A DNA stretch of 48,758 nt, from positions 1 to 48,758 of the forward strand of contig JBDUES010000208.1 of assembly GCA_040297625.1 (NCBI GenBank). The letters are read 5' to 3'. Origin of the DNA: Candidatus Nitrosocosmicus sp. (GTDB lineage Archaea > Thermoproteota > Nitrososphaeria > Nitrososphaerales > Nitrososphaeraceae). A model generated the notes under the pieces. That model was not told the origin of the DNA. It was given only the letters and a program-made list of their open reading frames with translations, and ran no database searches. A program made the position numbers and the translations under genes. This document shows positions 40,296-48,758 of the stretch, one piece after another. Positions within the stretch are counted from its first letter, which is position 1. The number at the start of each line of letters is the position of its first letter.

Positions 40296-41216
40296 ATGCT
40301 TCCTGAAGGCAAAATAGGGAACTCAAAGCCAATAGTTTGCGAATTTTGTAAAAGCGATTCTGTTATTTTTGATACTGTTTCATTTGAATATGTTTGTTCT
40401 TCTTGTGGATGTGTTTCAAATCAAGATCCTAATTCAGACTCTGCTGTAAATAATAGAAGTAATTCAGGATATACGGATAGAACAAGAACCGGCATGCCGG
40501 ATTCTCTGGCTTCTCATAACAAAGGATTATCTACTCTTATTGGTATTGGGGATACAGATGCTAGAGGCAAGGCTTTGGAACCATCTCAAAAAAACAATAT
40601 TCAAAGGTTAAGAACTTGGAATAATAGAGCTCAATTAAATGATTCGATTTCGAGAAATTTAGAAAAAGCTTTAAAACTATTAAATAACTACGGAGACAAA
40701 TTATATTTAAGTCAAGCAGTGATTGAGGGAGCTGCCTACATATACAGAAAAGCAGCTATAAAAAAACTTGCCAAAGGCAGATCTACATTAGGATTGGTTG
40801 GGGCAGCACTATATGTGGCCTGTCGCGAAACTGCAACACCTAAAACTATAACTGATATAGCTAATACATGTAATATTAGTACAAAAGATATAATGTCTCA
40901 TTATAAATTAATATTAAAAGAACTTTCTCTACAAATGCCTGTATTACATGGTCCAGATTATGTAACATTAATATGTAATAGATTACAAATGAGCGAAAAG
41001 ACCAAAAGAGAATCTTTAAGGATATATTCCATGGTACAACAATGCAGAATATCAATTGGAAAAAATCCCCGAGCACTTGCAGGTTCAATAATTTATCTAG
41101 CTTCACAAAACTGCAATGAATTTTTAAGACAGGTCGAAATTTGCCAGGTTGCAGAAATTTCTACAGTATCACTAAGGAAAAGATGTAAAGAAATAAAATC
41201 AAGAATTGAAATTTAA
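40296..41216 (+). CDS. tfb: Transcription initiation factor IIB paralog (divergent)
   Basis: CEFC...CSSC ribbon, RTG.P...HNKGLST.IG, QRLRTW, AAYIYRKA, KGRS, LYVACR, GKNP..LA. Confidence 0.92.
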   Translation: MLPEGKIGNSKPIVCEFCKSDSVIFDTVSFEYVCSSCGCVSNQDPNSDSAVNNRSNSGYTDRTRTGMPDSLASHNKGLSTLIGIGDTDARGKALEPSQKNNIQRLRTWNNRAQLNDSISRNLEKALKLLNNYGDKLYLSQAVIEGAAYIYRKAAIKKLAKGRSTLGLVGAALYVACRETATPKTITDIANTCNISTKDIMSHYKLILKELSLQMPVLHGPDYVTLICNRLQMSEKTKRESLRIYSMVQQCRISIGKNPRALAGSIIYLASQNCNEFLRQVEICQVAEISTVSLRKRCKEIKSRIEI

Positions 41217-41248
41217 AAAATATGTAGATTATTATAATTTACTAGCCA

Positions 41249-42190
41249 TCAAATAACATGAATATACCTTGGAAATGATGAGCCATCATCATCTATTTCA
41301 CTCATCTCTACTTGTGACATTTTTAAAAATGAAGATTTAAACTTTGGATACGGTTCTTTTGATGAAAAAATAGTAAGAACTTTGCTTTCATGGATCAATT
41401 TATAACCCATACACGGTTCATGCCCTCTAAAAAGAAATTTGCATCCTGTGTTTGCTAGCCATGTATTTGTTACGCCGATTCCAAAATATTTTCCTAGTCC
41501 CCGATTAGAAAAACTCCAAGGTTTATCAAAAGGTAGATCACGAGGGTCATTCCATAAAATTTCTTCTAATAATGGCTTATTATTCAAGATAGTAGATAAA
41601 TGATACTTGTAATTTTTAAAAAAGTCAGTATTTTCAATGACAGGTAAACCACCATGGGTTAAAAGGGAAAATCCATTTATTTCACAAAATAGTGATAATG
41701 AATCGAAAAATGGTAAAATATAATAATCATAAAGAACATCTGTCGATTTTTCAAATTTATTCAAAAGTTCCGAATAAAAATCATAAGAAGAGAAAGGAAA
41801 ATGATTATAAGATTCATGATTTCCTCTCAGCAGAAAAACATTATTTGGATATGAATTTTTTAGTTTGCATAGAAAAATCAAAACCTCTAGAGAATATTTA
41901 CCTCTATCTATATAATCACCTAGAAAAAGTAATAGGTTTGATTCATTCTTTAAATAATTTGAAAAATCTATTCGCTCCATTATTTTTTCCAATGTATAAA
42001 AATCACCATGTATATCACCAACAATTACCAAATTTTCCGGAGGTTGAAAATTAACATAATTACCAGAGATCATACCTATATCTGAAAAAAAACCCTGGAA
42101 TCGTTGATTTTCATGAATAGACATTGTTTTATTTATTATATTTATACAATCGTCAAAAGTGTAATCGAAAACAGAAAATAGATCAATCAT
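41249..42190 (-). CDS. PPP-family Ser/Thr protein phosphatase (metallophosphoesterase)
   Basis: GDIHG, LGDYIDRG, LRGNHE, HGG, LWNDP, RGHE, TIFS; ATG 42190 preferred. Confidence 0.93.
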   Translation of the reverse strand: MIDLFSVFDYTFDDCINIINKTMSIHENQRFQGFFSDIGMISGNYVNFQPPENLVIVGDIHGDFYTLEKIMERIDFSNYLKNESNLLLFLGDYIDRGKYSLEVLIFLCKLKNSYPNNVFLLRGNHESYNHFPFSSYDFYSELLNKFEKSTDVLYDYYILPFFDSLSLFCEINGFSLLTHGGLPVIENTDFFKNYKYHLSTILNNKPLLEEILWNDPRDLPFDKPWSFSNRGLGKYFGIGVTNTWLANTGCKFLFRGHEPCMGYKLIHESKVLTIFSSKEPYPKFKSSFLKMSQVEMSEIDDDGSSFPRYIHVI

Positions 42191-42247
42191 AAAAAATAAC
42201 AAACACTGCAATAAAATAAAGGTATACCGATTTTTGGTTTATTTATT

Positions 42248-43780
42248 TCAATACAACGGACACCAGTCAACAAAATAATTATCATGTTTTTTAATTGCAC
42301 CAAAAACAGATGTTGGTGGATTCATCGACTTTATTAAAATATTTTTACCTTTTAAAATAATTTTATAATAAGTACTTTCGGATAATAAGATATCAGTATC
42401 GATAGAAGTTCCGTTTTTTAATATAATTAGATTATTGACTGGACTTTGTTTTATAAAATCTACAAATTTAAAATTGGAAATCAAATGGCTTATATTATTA
42501 CCGTTTATTATATTTAAAACATTATTATAGTTATGATTCTTATTTTTATTTTTATTTTTCGATATCTCGGATAAAATTTTATTTATTGAATTTTTGAAAT
42601 TTTCAAAATTATCTTTTTCTTCTTTAAATGAAGACTTGTTTTGCTCGCCATTAACTTCATACTCTGCAGCAAATTTTAGATAATCCAATTTATCATTTAA
42701 TAAATTATTAGCAAGCAATTCAGGATATACAAAAAAGAACATTATCTTTTTTAAAATTGAATAGAAATTGCACTGAAAGTTATTTATTAAAATCAAATTA
42801 TTAGATACAATCCAACAAAAAAGTGGTTTAAAGAGTATAGACAAAATCAATTCATTATGCAAATTCGAATCAAATTCAATGGTTATAAGTTGGTTACTAT
42901 TAAAAAGTGTACTCAAAAAATCATCATTATTTTTTTGATATTTATTATATTTATTATATAATTTGTTTTTATTAATTACAAATTTACCTTGAGAAAATTT
43001 ATTTATTTTGAACTCTTCGAATAAATTTAAATCATTTAATGAATCAAAAACAAAAAATAATCCATTAAATAAAGAAAAATAGTATTTTGAGCAATCAATT
43101 GATATTCCTCGAAGTTTACTAATACATAATTTTCTATAGTGATTTGAATTTTTAACTTCATGTCTTAATGTAACTACTCCATCGACAATTGAATCCAAGA
43201 GAGTCACATCGCATGATTCACTTAAAAAAATTAATTTTGCGCCTGCTCTTTCTCTCCATATTTGTAAAACTCTTTCATTATTTAATCTTGATTCTCTATC
43301 CATAAATGAAGCAATAGCATCCCAAGTATCAATTATTATTATTGGAGATTTTACATCCATTAATTGATTAGTAATTCTTTCAAATAGAGATTCAGGCTCG
43401 TCCAATCGTGCATCTTCAAATTTATATTCATATTTTGATCCATTTTTTGATGTAAATTTGTTGATCCAAGGATAAAAATATGAAAGTTGTTTGATTGAGA
43501 GCCTTGTGGATATATAAAAATAATTACTATCATGATTCAAATTATCCATTAATGTTAATGCAAAAGTTGTTTTACCTGTTCCAGGTGTCCCTTTAACAAG
43601 TAACGAATAAGAATCACTCTTAACAAATTTTAATAGTTCGCTAGGTAAATGTCCCACTGGGTTTTTTTTTATCGTTATTTTCTTTTTATTATTATCATAA
43701 TTATCATAACTGTTATCATCATATTCCGAGTTATGATTAGCATTTTTGTCTTCTGTGGGATTGGGATTGATATCATACAT
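42248..43780 (-). CDS. GvpD/KaiC/RAD55-like P-loop ATPase with a degenerate C-terminal half
   Basis: SLLVKGTPGTGKTT, YISTR, IIIDTW, LIFLSE, VDGVVTL, KLRG. Confidence 0.8.
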   Translation of the reverse strand: MYDINPNPTEDKNANHNSEYDDNSYDNYDNNKKKITIKKNPVGHLPSELLKFVKSDSYSLLVKGTPGTGKTTFALTLMDNLNHDSNYFYISTRLSIKQLSYFYPWINKFTSKNGSKYEYKFEDARLDEPESLFERITNQLMDVKSPIIIIDTWDAIASFMDRESRLNNERVLQIWRERAGAKLIFLSESCDVTLLDSIVDGVVTLRHEVKNSNHYRKLCISKLRGISIDCSKYYFSLFNGLFFVFDSLNDLNLFEEFKINKFSQGKFVINKNKLYNKYNKYQKNNDDFLSTLFNSNQLITIEFDSNLHNELILSILFKPLFCWIVSNNLILINNFQCNFYSILKKIMFFFVYPELLANNLLNDKLDYLKFAAEYEVNGEQNKSSFKEEKDNFENFKNSINKILSEISKNKNKNKNHNYNNVLNIINGNNISHLISNFKFVDFIKQSPVNNLIILKNGTSIDTDILLSESTYYKIILKGKNILIKSMNPPTSVFGAIKKHDNYFVDWCPLY

Positions 43781-43856
43781 TCTTTATAATATTTTTAAAA
43801 AAATATTCTATTAACAATTCTAAACTATCATACATAAAAAATGTATATTCATACAC

Positions 43857-44969
43857 TTACCAAGGATTCATGCCTTTTTGAAATCGGATAGAATCTATTA
43901 AACCCTCAGCATAACCAACACTCAGTATAGCAAGTTCAAGCTGACCTTGTTTATAGAAATGCTCAGCATCAAAAAGATAATTTTCAGCATTTTCTAGAAC
44001 AACAGAATACTCTTTTTCAGATAAATTTTTTTCATTTTTAATTAAAGTTGTTAAATTAGCTAATGCTTTTTTTGCATTTGGGATATACCTATTTAACATG
44101 CGGTTAGATAATCTATCAACTTTTATAGTATTATCAATAGGATCATCAAATATAATAGTTAAATTCTGAAGAGAATCAATTTCTGTAAAATGTAATTGAC
44201 CCGGTATAATTATAGAATTAAACCCGCTTTTAAATTGATAGTTTAGTAAAGATTTTATCTTCCCACATATTATTTTTGAATTATCGGTTCCTATTTGAGA
44301 GGCTACAATTACAAAAGAATTTTCAGATAGATTTAATAATTTTAATTCATTTTCTCTTTCTAATAATAACTCAAAAACTTTTTTAGGAGGCAAAAAAAAT
44401 GGTCCATTATTATTTAACTTTAAATCAGTGTTTCCATCATCATTATTATATTCAGTTAAAATTAAAGTATGCAAACCGAGGCATATATTGTTATATATAG
44501 TATCATACACAGTAATCGATGACATAGGATCTGACATCATAGTAACCATTTTTCCAAATTTATAATAATGTAATCCCGATTCACCTATCAATGATGTAAT
44601 GCCAGATGATGAATGAATTACTTTGTAAGGGATTGATTGCTTGCTTGCTCTTACTACAAGTTCATTATATGTTGTCGCTACAAGTGGATCTCCATAAATT
44701 AATACACATATAGTTTTTTCTGATGAATTTTTCAATATTTCTCTTCCATCTTCTACAAACCATCTCTTAACAACTTTAATCTCAATTCTATTTTCTTGAT
44801 TTGAATCTCTAGTTATATTTAAAAGAGTTTTAATTTTTGTAACAAATTCATCAGATAAAAATCCTGTAAACTTATCAATATAAGTTATATTACTATGCTT
44901 TAATAATTCAATAGAACCAATACTCAAAGAGTCATATTCATTTATTCCTATACCTATCAAATAAAGCAT
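43857..44969 (-). CDS. dph5: Diphthine synthase with C-terminal DUF357-like domain
   Basis: MLYLIGIG, GDPLVATT, GLHYYKFGK, GLHTL, IIPGQLHFTE; tail AENYLFDAEHF...AILSVGYAEGLID. Confidence 0.92.
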   Translation of the reverse strand: MLYLIGIGINEYDSLSIGSIELLKHSNITYIDKFTGFLSDEFVTKIKTLLNITRDSNQENRIEIKVVKRWFVEDGREILKNSSEKTICVLIYGDPLVATTYNELVVRASKQSIPYKVIHSSSGITSLIGESGLHYYKFGKMVTMMSDPMSSITVYDTIYNNICLGLHTLILTEYNNDDGNTDLKLNNNGPFFLPPKKVFELLLERENELKLLNLSENSFVIVASQIGTDNSKIICGKIKSLLNYQFKSGFNSIIIPGQLHFTEIDSLQNLTIIFDDPIDNTIKVDRLSNRMLNRYIPNAKKALANLTTLIKNEKNLSEKEYSVVLENAENYLFDAEHFYKQGQLELAILSVGYAEGLIDSIRFQKGMNPW

Positions 44970-45055
44970 TTATTATCAAATATCGTATATTGTTATAATT
45001 TATTTATATATTTTTAAAATGACTTTTTAAGTTTAAGAAATAAAAAACAAATTAG

Positions 45056-46183
45056 TTATTTATTTTGTAAATTTTTATGCAACCGCACCATATGAAATAA
45101 AGTATTTTTATAAATTTCAATACCTGTTAAATACTCTTGAATATAAATTCGTTCATCCACTGTATGAGAGGAATGTGGATCCCCTGGACCATATGTAACC
45201 ACTGGAATGTTAAGAACGTTACCCAAGATATTCATATCCCCTGTTCCTGTTTTTTTTAACAACAATGGCCTTTTTTTTCTATTGTCCAAAATGGATAATA
45301 CCAATGATCTCACTAAAGGAGAAGAAGCATTTGCCTGAAAAGGTTCGGTTTTATCCTCTACATGATACTTTATTATAATATCATTTTTATCTTTTTTAAT
45401 TTCGTTTATATTAATATCAATTAAATTCAAAATTTCATCACAAGATAGATGAGCAGGTATTCTAATATCAATTGTCATTCTACATTTTTGAGGAGTAACA
45501 TTATGACTTGACCCTCCATCTACTTCAGTTACACTGTAACTCACAAGGTTTGCTTTATTTTTAGATTTATTCATATCATGGTTATCTAAAACTTTTTTTA
45601 GATTAGCCCATATGCTATAAATCTCTTCAATAGCATTCAAAGAAATCCAAGGTGCACTTGCATGTGCACTATTATTTACATCACATAATAAACGAATCTC
45701 TAAACGGCCTTTATAAGAAATAGTAATGTTATCAATCCCACTCGGCTCACCAAAAATTGCATAATGAGGGTTTAAATTTTTATCCTTTACAAGATTTTTT
45801 ATACCTGTTGCATTACCTTCTTCATCTACCACTCCGGCAAAAATTATCGTTCCATTTTGTTTTGGAAAATCTGCGGCCCCTAATAACATAGCTATCAAAG
45901 GTGCCTTTGCATCGGAAGCTCCTCTACCAAACATATAATTACCATCTATTCGAACCGGAACAATACCAGGAACTGTATCCATATGACCACAAAGTAATAT
46001 TACCGGATTTCCCGTACCCTTTACTGCAATAATGTTTCCTACGCTATCAATATTTGCTTGCTCAAATCCAAGATCCAAACAAACATCTTTTAAAAAATTA
46101 GCAAGTTTTGTTTCCGATCTTGAAGGTGAATAAATTTCCAATGAATTTTTTAATAACTCGATAGCAAAAGCAGAAGAGACCAT
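45056..46183 (-). CDS. lysK: [LysW]-lysine/ornithine hydrolase (M20 family)
   Basis: IYSPS..E, LLCGHMDTVPG, GRGASDAK, VDEE, GEPS, GTGDMN, YGPGD..SHT; start probably ATG 46183. Confidence 0.9.
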   Translation of the reverse strand: MVSSAFAIELLKNSLEIYSPSRSETKLANFLKDVCLDLGFEQANIDSVGNIIAVKGTGNPVILLCGHMDTVPGIVPVRIDGNYMFGRGASDAKAPLIAMLLGAADFPKQNGTIIFAGVVDEEGNATGIKNLVKDKNLNPHYAIFGEPSGIDNITISYKGRLEIRLLCDVNNSAHASAPWISLNAIEEIYSIWANLKKVLDNHDMNKSKNKANLVSYSVTEVDGGSSHNVTPQKCRMTIDIRIPAHLSCDEILNLIDININEIKKDKNDIIIKYHVEDKTEPFQANASSPLVRSLVLSILDNRKKRPLLLKKTGTGDMNILGNVLNIPVVTYGPGDPHSSHTVDERIYIQEYLTGIEIYKNTLFHMVRLHKNLQNK

Positions 46184-46190
46184 ATTTTTT

Positions 46191-47072
46191 TTAATTTTTT
46201 GAAATATTAACCATATAATCAACAATTAATGAGGGTATATCAATTCCAGTCACTCTTACTGTATTTTTAAATTCGGTAGTATTATTTACCTCATGAACCA
46301 ATAAACCATGATTCTTACTTTCCATTAAATCTACACCAACTATATCACCTTTAAAAATTTTTGCCGCATTAAGACAAATATCTTCCAATTCCTTAGTAAT
46401 AGGACATGTTTCTGCAAAGCCTCCTAGGGCCATATTTGTCTTCCATTCTTTGTTCCCGGAATATCTATATATAGCAGCTACTACCTCGTCGCCTACTACA
46501 ATTGCCCTTATATCCCTAGGAGGCCTCTTGACAAACTCCTCAAAATAATTAATATGGTATATTGGGAACATGTGTTCTCGATCTTCTAAAACAGTTTTTG
46601 CGGCTTCTTCATCATTCAATAGGCCAATCAATCGCCCCCAGCTTCCTACAGTGGGTTTAATCACAACAGGATAACCCCACCGATTAATACCTTCAATAGC
46701 AGAAGAAGTAGAAAAAGAGCAAAAAGCATTGGGTGTAACAACTCCTTGTTTTTGGAGCTCCATATGAGAAAATAATTTGTTACCACACATAATAGAAGTA
46801 TAAAGAGAATTTATCATTCGCGCTCCAAGTCCTTCCAAAGCAGCAGTAGAATGCATACTTTTAAAATAACTTACACATCGCTGTAAAATAACTTTATTTT
46901 TAAACTCTGTATTTTCATCATTCAAAAATAAAATCAGTTCTTTACAATTGAGTGTTTTTAAATCAATATCATTTTTTTTTGCAGTTTCAATTATAGATTT
47001 TTCTTCCCATCTTATACTATCAAAAAGAATAACAAGGGAAGAATTTTCTTCCCTGGAATTTATTGTCCCCAA
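46191..47072 (-). CDS. lysX: Alpha-aminoadipate--LysW ligase (RimK-family ATP-grasp)
   Basis: IRWEEK, LQRCVS, KPTVGSWGRL, PPRDIR, WKTNMALGG, HEVNNTTEFK. The TTG start overlaps the 3' end of lysW. Confidence 0.93.
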   Translation of the reverse strand: MGTINSREENSSLVILFDSIRWEEKSIIETAKKNDIDLKTLNCKELILFLNDENTEFKNKVILQRCVSYFKSMHSTAALEGLGARMINSLYTSIMCGNKLFSHMELQKQGVVTPNAFCSFSTSSAIEGINRWGYPVVIKPTVGSWGRLIGLLNDEEAAKTVLEDREHMFPIYHINYFEEFVKRPPRDIRAIVVGDEVVAAIYRYSGNKEWKTNMALGGFAETCPITKELEDICLNAAKIFKGDIVGVDLMESKNHGLLVHEVNNTTEFKNTVRVTGIDIPSLIVDYMVNISKN

Positions 47073-47233
47073 TCTTCTCCAACTACTTGTGCAGGCTTTA
47101 TACTAAAATCATCACCCGTTTTTACTAATTCAAAACTCTCTCCACAATCAGGACAGGTAACGATTTCTCCTTGCATCGAGTCATTGGGTATTGGGATTTC
47201 TGCATCACATTCAATACAATTAACTTTTGACAT
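47060..47233 (-). CDS. lysW: Amino-group carrier protein LysW, 57 aa, ending in EDWGQ; missed by the ORF track
   Basis: MSKVNCIECDAEIPIPNDSMQGEIVTCPDCGESFELVKTGDDFSIKPAQVVGEDWGQ*; two CxxC pairs; located between homocitrate synthase and lysX. Confidence 0.95.
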   Translation of the reverse strand: MSKVNCIECDAEIPIPNDSMQGEIVTCPDCGESFELVKTGDDFSIKPAQVVGEDWGQ

Positions 47234-47236
47234 TTT

Positions 47237-48445
47237 TTAATCCTTATTTGTTTTCATATTACCCTCATTAAGTATTTTTCTCTCCAATTTTTCATCTAAA
47301 TATAATTCTAGAATATCACCCATACGTAATTCTTTTAATCCCTTTGCTAAAGATTCAGCATTTTCTTTTGATGCTCCTAATCCGAGTATAGATAAAAGAT
47401 ACGCAGAGCCGTTTTTACCAGATAATTCACCAAAGACAATTTTACGCCTGTTGCCTACTTGTTTTGGTTCAATTATTTCATAAGCAGAAGGATTCCGCAA
47501 AATAGCTGCAAGGTGGGTTCCCGCTTTGTGTTTATAGGAACTATCACCTACTAACGGTTTAGATTCATGGACAGGTATTTTAGTATAATCAGAAATAGTT
47601 TTTGACAAGTCCTTTAACATATGTAATCGAAAATCATTATTGGATTTATAAATAAGATTTAACGCAACGGCAGTTTCTGCCAATGTAGGAATGCCAGTTC
47701 GTTCACCAAGCCCGTCTATAGTAGTATGAATTTGATCTGCTCCGCCCTCACAACCGGATAATGCATTGGATAATGCTAAACCAACGTCATTATGACAATG
47801 AACATCTAAAGAAGTTTTTGAGTTATCTATATTATCATGAACTAATTTTACAATATTATACATACCACGAGGTCTCATAATTCCCACTGTATCAGGAATA
47901 CTAATTCTTTCAATTCCACGATTATTTATTTCCTTACATAAATCCAATAGAAATTCAGGGTCTGTCCTACTCGCATCTTCCATGGTAAATCGAGATTTCA
48001 ATCCATGAGATTTAATGTAATCAGCCACATCTAAAGCTCTAATTTTAGCTTCTTCTCTAGAAATTCGTAGTTTGGAAGACAAATGAATATCTGAGATACC
48101 AAGATAGGTAGCAACCCAAATTGCATCACAATCTATTGCTATATCAACATCCGATTTTATTGCACGTACATGTGCTACAATATCAGCCTTTAGTCCTTGT
48201 CTAAGAATTATTTTTGTAGCATCACGATGATCTAGAGAAACTATTGGACTTATTTCTATTTGGTCTACCCCAAATGAATCAAGCATCCATGCAATTTGAA
48301 TTCGTTGCTTGTTAGAAAAAGAAACACCTGGATGCTGCTCTCCTTCTCGCAATGTAGAATCCAAAATTTTAATATTTTTTTTATCCTTTTCAGAATCGTT
48401 ATACAAATGTGCAAAATAATTGGGATCGTCTGATTTTAGTGACAT
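47237..48445 (-). CDS. Homocitrate synthase (LeuA/DRE-TIM family)
   Basis: DSTLREGEQHPG, DTVG, HCHND.GLA..N, GLGERTG, HKAGTH; no LeuA regulatory domain; heads the lysW-lysX-lysK cluster. Confidence 0.88.
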   Translation of the reverse strand: MSLKSDDPNYFAHLYNDSEKDKKNIKILDSTLREGEQHPGVSFSNKQRIQIAWMLDSFGVDQIEISPIVSLDHRDATKIILRQGLKADIVAHVRAIKSDVDIAIDCDAIWVATYLGISDIHLSSKLRISREEAKIRALDVADYIKSHGLKSRFTMEDASRTDPEFLLDLCKEINNRGIERISIPDTVGIMRPRGMYNIVKLVHDNIDNSKTSLDVHCHNDVGLALSNALSGCEGGADQIHTTIDGLGERTGIPTLAETAVALNLIYKSNNDFRLHMLKDLSKTISDYTKIPVHESKPLVGDSSYKHKAGTHLAAILRNPSAYEIIEPKQVGNRRKIVFGELSGKNGSAYLLSILGLGASKENAESLAKGLKELRMGDILELYLDEKLERKILNEGNMKTNKD

Positions 48446-48462
48446 AACTTGATTAATAATAC

Positions 48463-48496
48463 TGTTATCGGTTAATTTATAAATGTTATCGGTTAA
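48463..48496 (-). promoter_or_regulatory. lys operon promoter: TATA box flanked by two 13-bp direct repeats (candidate operator)
   Basis: Minus strand TTAACCGATAACA-TTTATAAA-TTAACCGATAACA, 18-51 bp upstream of the ATG at 48445. Confidence 0.7.
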
Positions 48497-48614
48497 AAAT
48501 ATAGGATTTCTTATGTAAAAATACAGTAATACATGAAATTCACCTGTAGTATATCACACAAAAAATTTAGGTAATTGAGGCATGGTCATAATTCAAATTA
48601 TCTTTTGATACATG

Positions 48615-48758
48615 TCATAACAGCTTAAAGCTAACCCCTGGGATATAATTTTGACAAACACTGTCCCAAAGATTATCTCTTGATAGATTAAAGGAATCCA
48701 TCCTTTTTAACATTCTGTATATGATAGGTTGCATACCGTGGCCTATTGCACCAAGAAA
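48615..48758 (-). other. Possible 3' end of an unidentified ORF running in from beyond the window
   Basis: Frame open from the window end (FLGAIGHGMQPIIYRMLKRMDSF...FKLL*); not recognised. Confidence 0.3.

Noticed and set aside
38041-41216. Integrated element at tRNA-Leu
   Set aside because: No integrase and no duplicated tRNA 3' end found in the window.
42248-43780. Gas vesicle cluster or circadian clock
   Set aside because: Only a GvpD/KaiC-like P-loop domain is present; no gvpA/C/N or kaiA/B genes in the window.
1-48758. CRISPR array, rRNA, SRP RNA or RNase P RNA
   Set aside because: No regularly spaced repeats, and no long GC-rich structured segments outside the two tRNAs, were seen by eye.

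Overview
Strongly AT-rich archaeal chromosome segment. Gene content (TBP, two TFB paralogs, Nop5/fibrillarin, eL31/eL39, aIF1, Sec61-beta, Dph5-DUF357 fusion, LysW pathway, divergent FtsZ) and the IS types point to a soil ammonia-oxidising archaeon (Nitrososphaeraceae, Nitrosocosmicus-like; inference). Most of the window is housekeeping: tRNA/rRNA modification, transcription, translation, DNA repair, a Mo/W-type and a peptide-type ABC transporter, and lysine biosynthesis. Two tRNAs are present: Val-CAC and an intron-containing Leu-CAA. There are two accessory patches. The first (~1.95-5.9 kb) is a nest of decayed IS elements: an IS6 inserted into an IS5/ISL2-type remnant whose apparent terminal inverted repeats bracket a secreted-protein gene. 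The second (~30.56-31.81 kb) is an IS630-type pseudogene. The notable observations are: a LysW carrier ending in EDWGQ rather than the EDWGE needed for attachment; a 13-bp direct repeat exactly flanking the TATA box of the lys operon; two small genes missed by the ORF track (59-aa Cys/His-rich, 34-aa highly basic); an MPG glycosylase whose conserved N-terminus requires a non-canonical start codon; and a GvpD/KaiC-like ATPase next to a PPP phosphatase and a divergent TFB. All family assignments come from motif recognition by eye; no searches were run.
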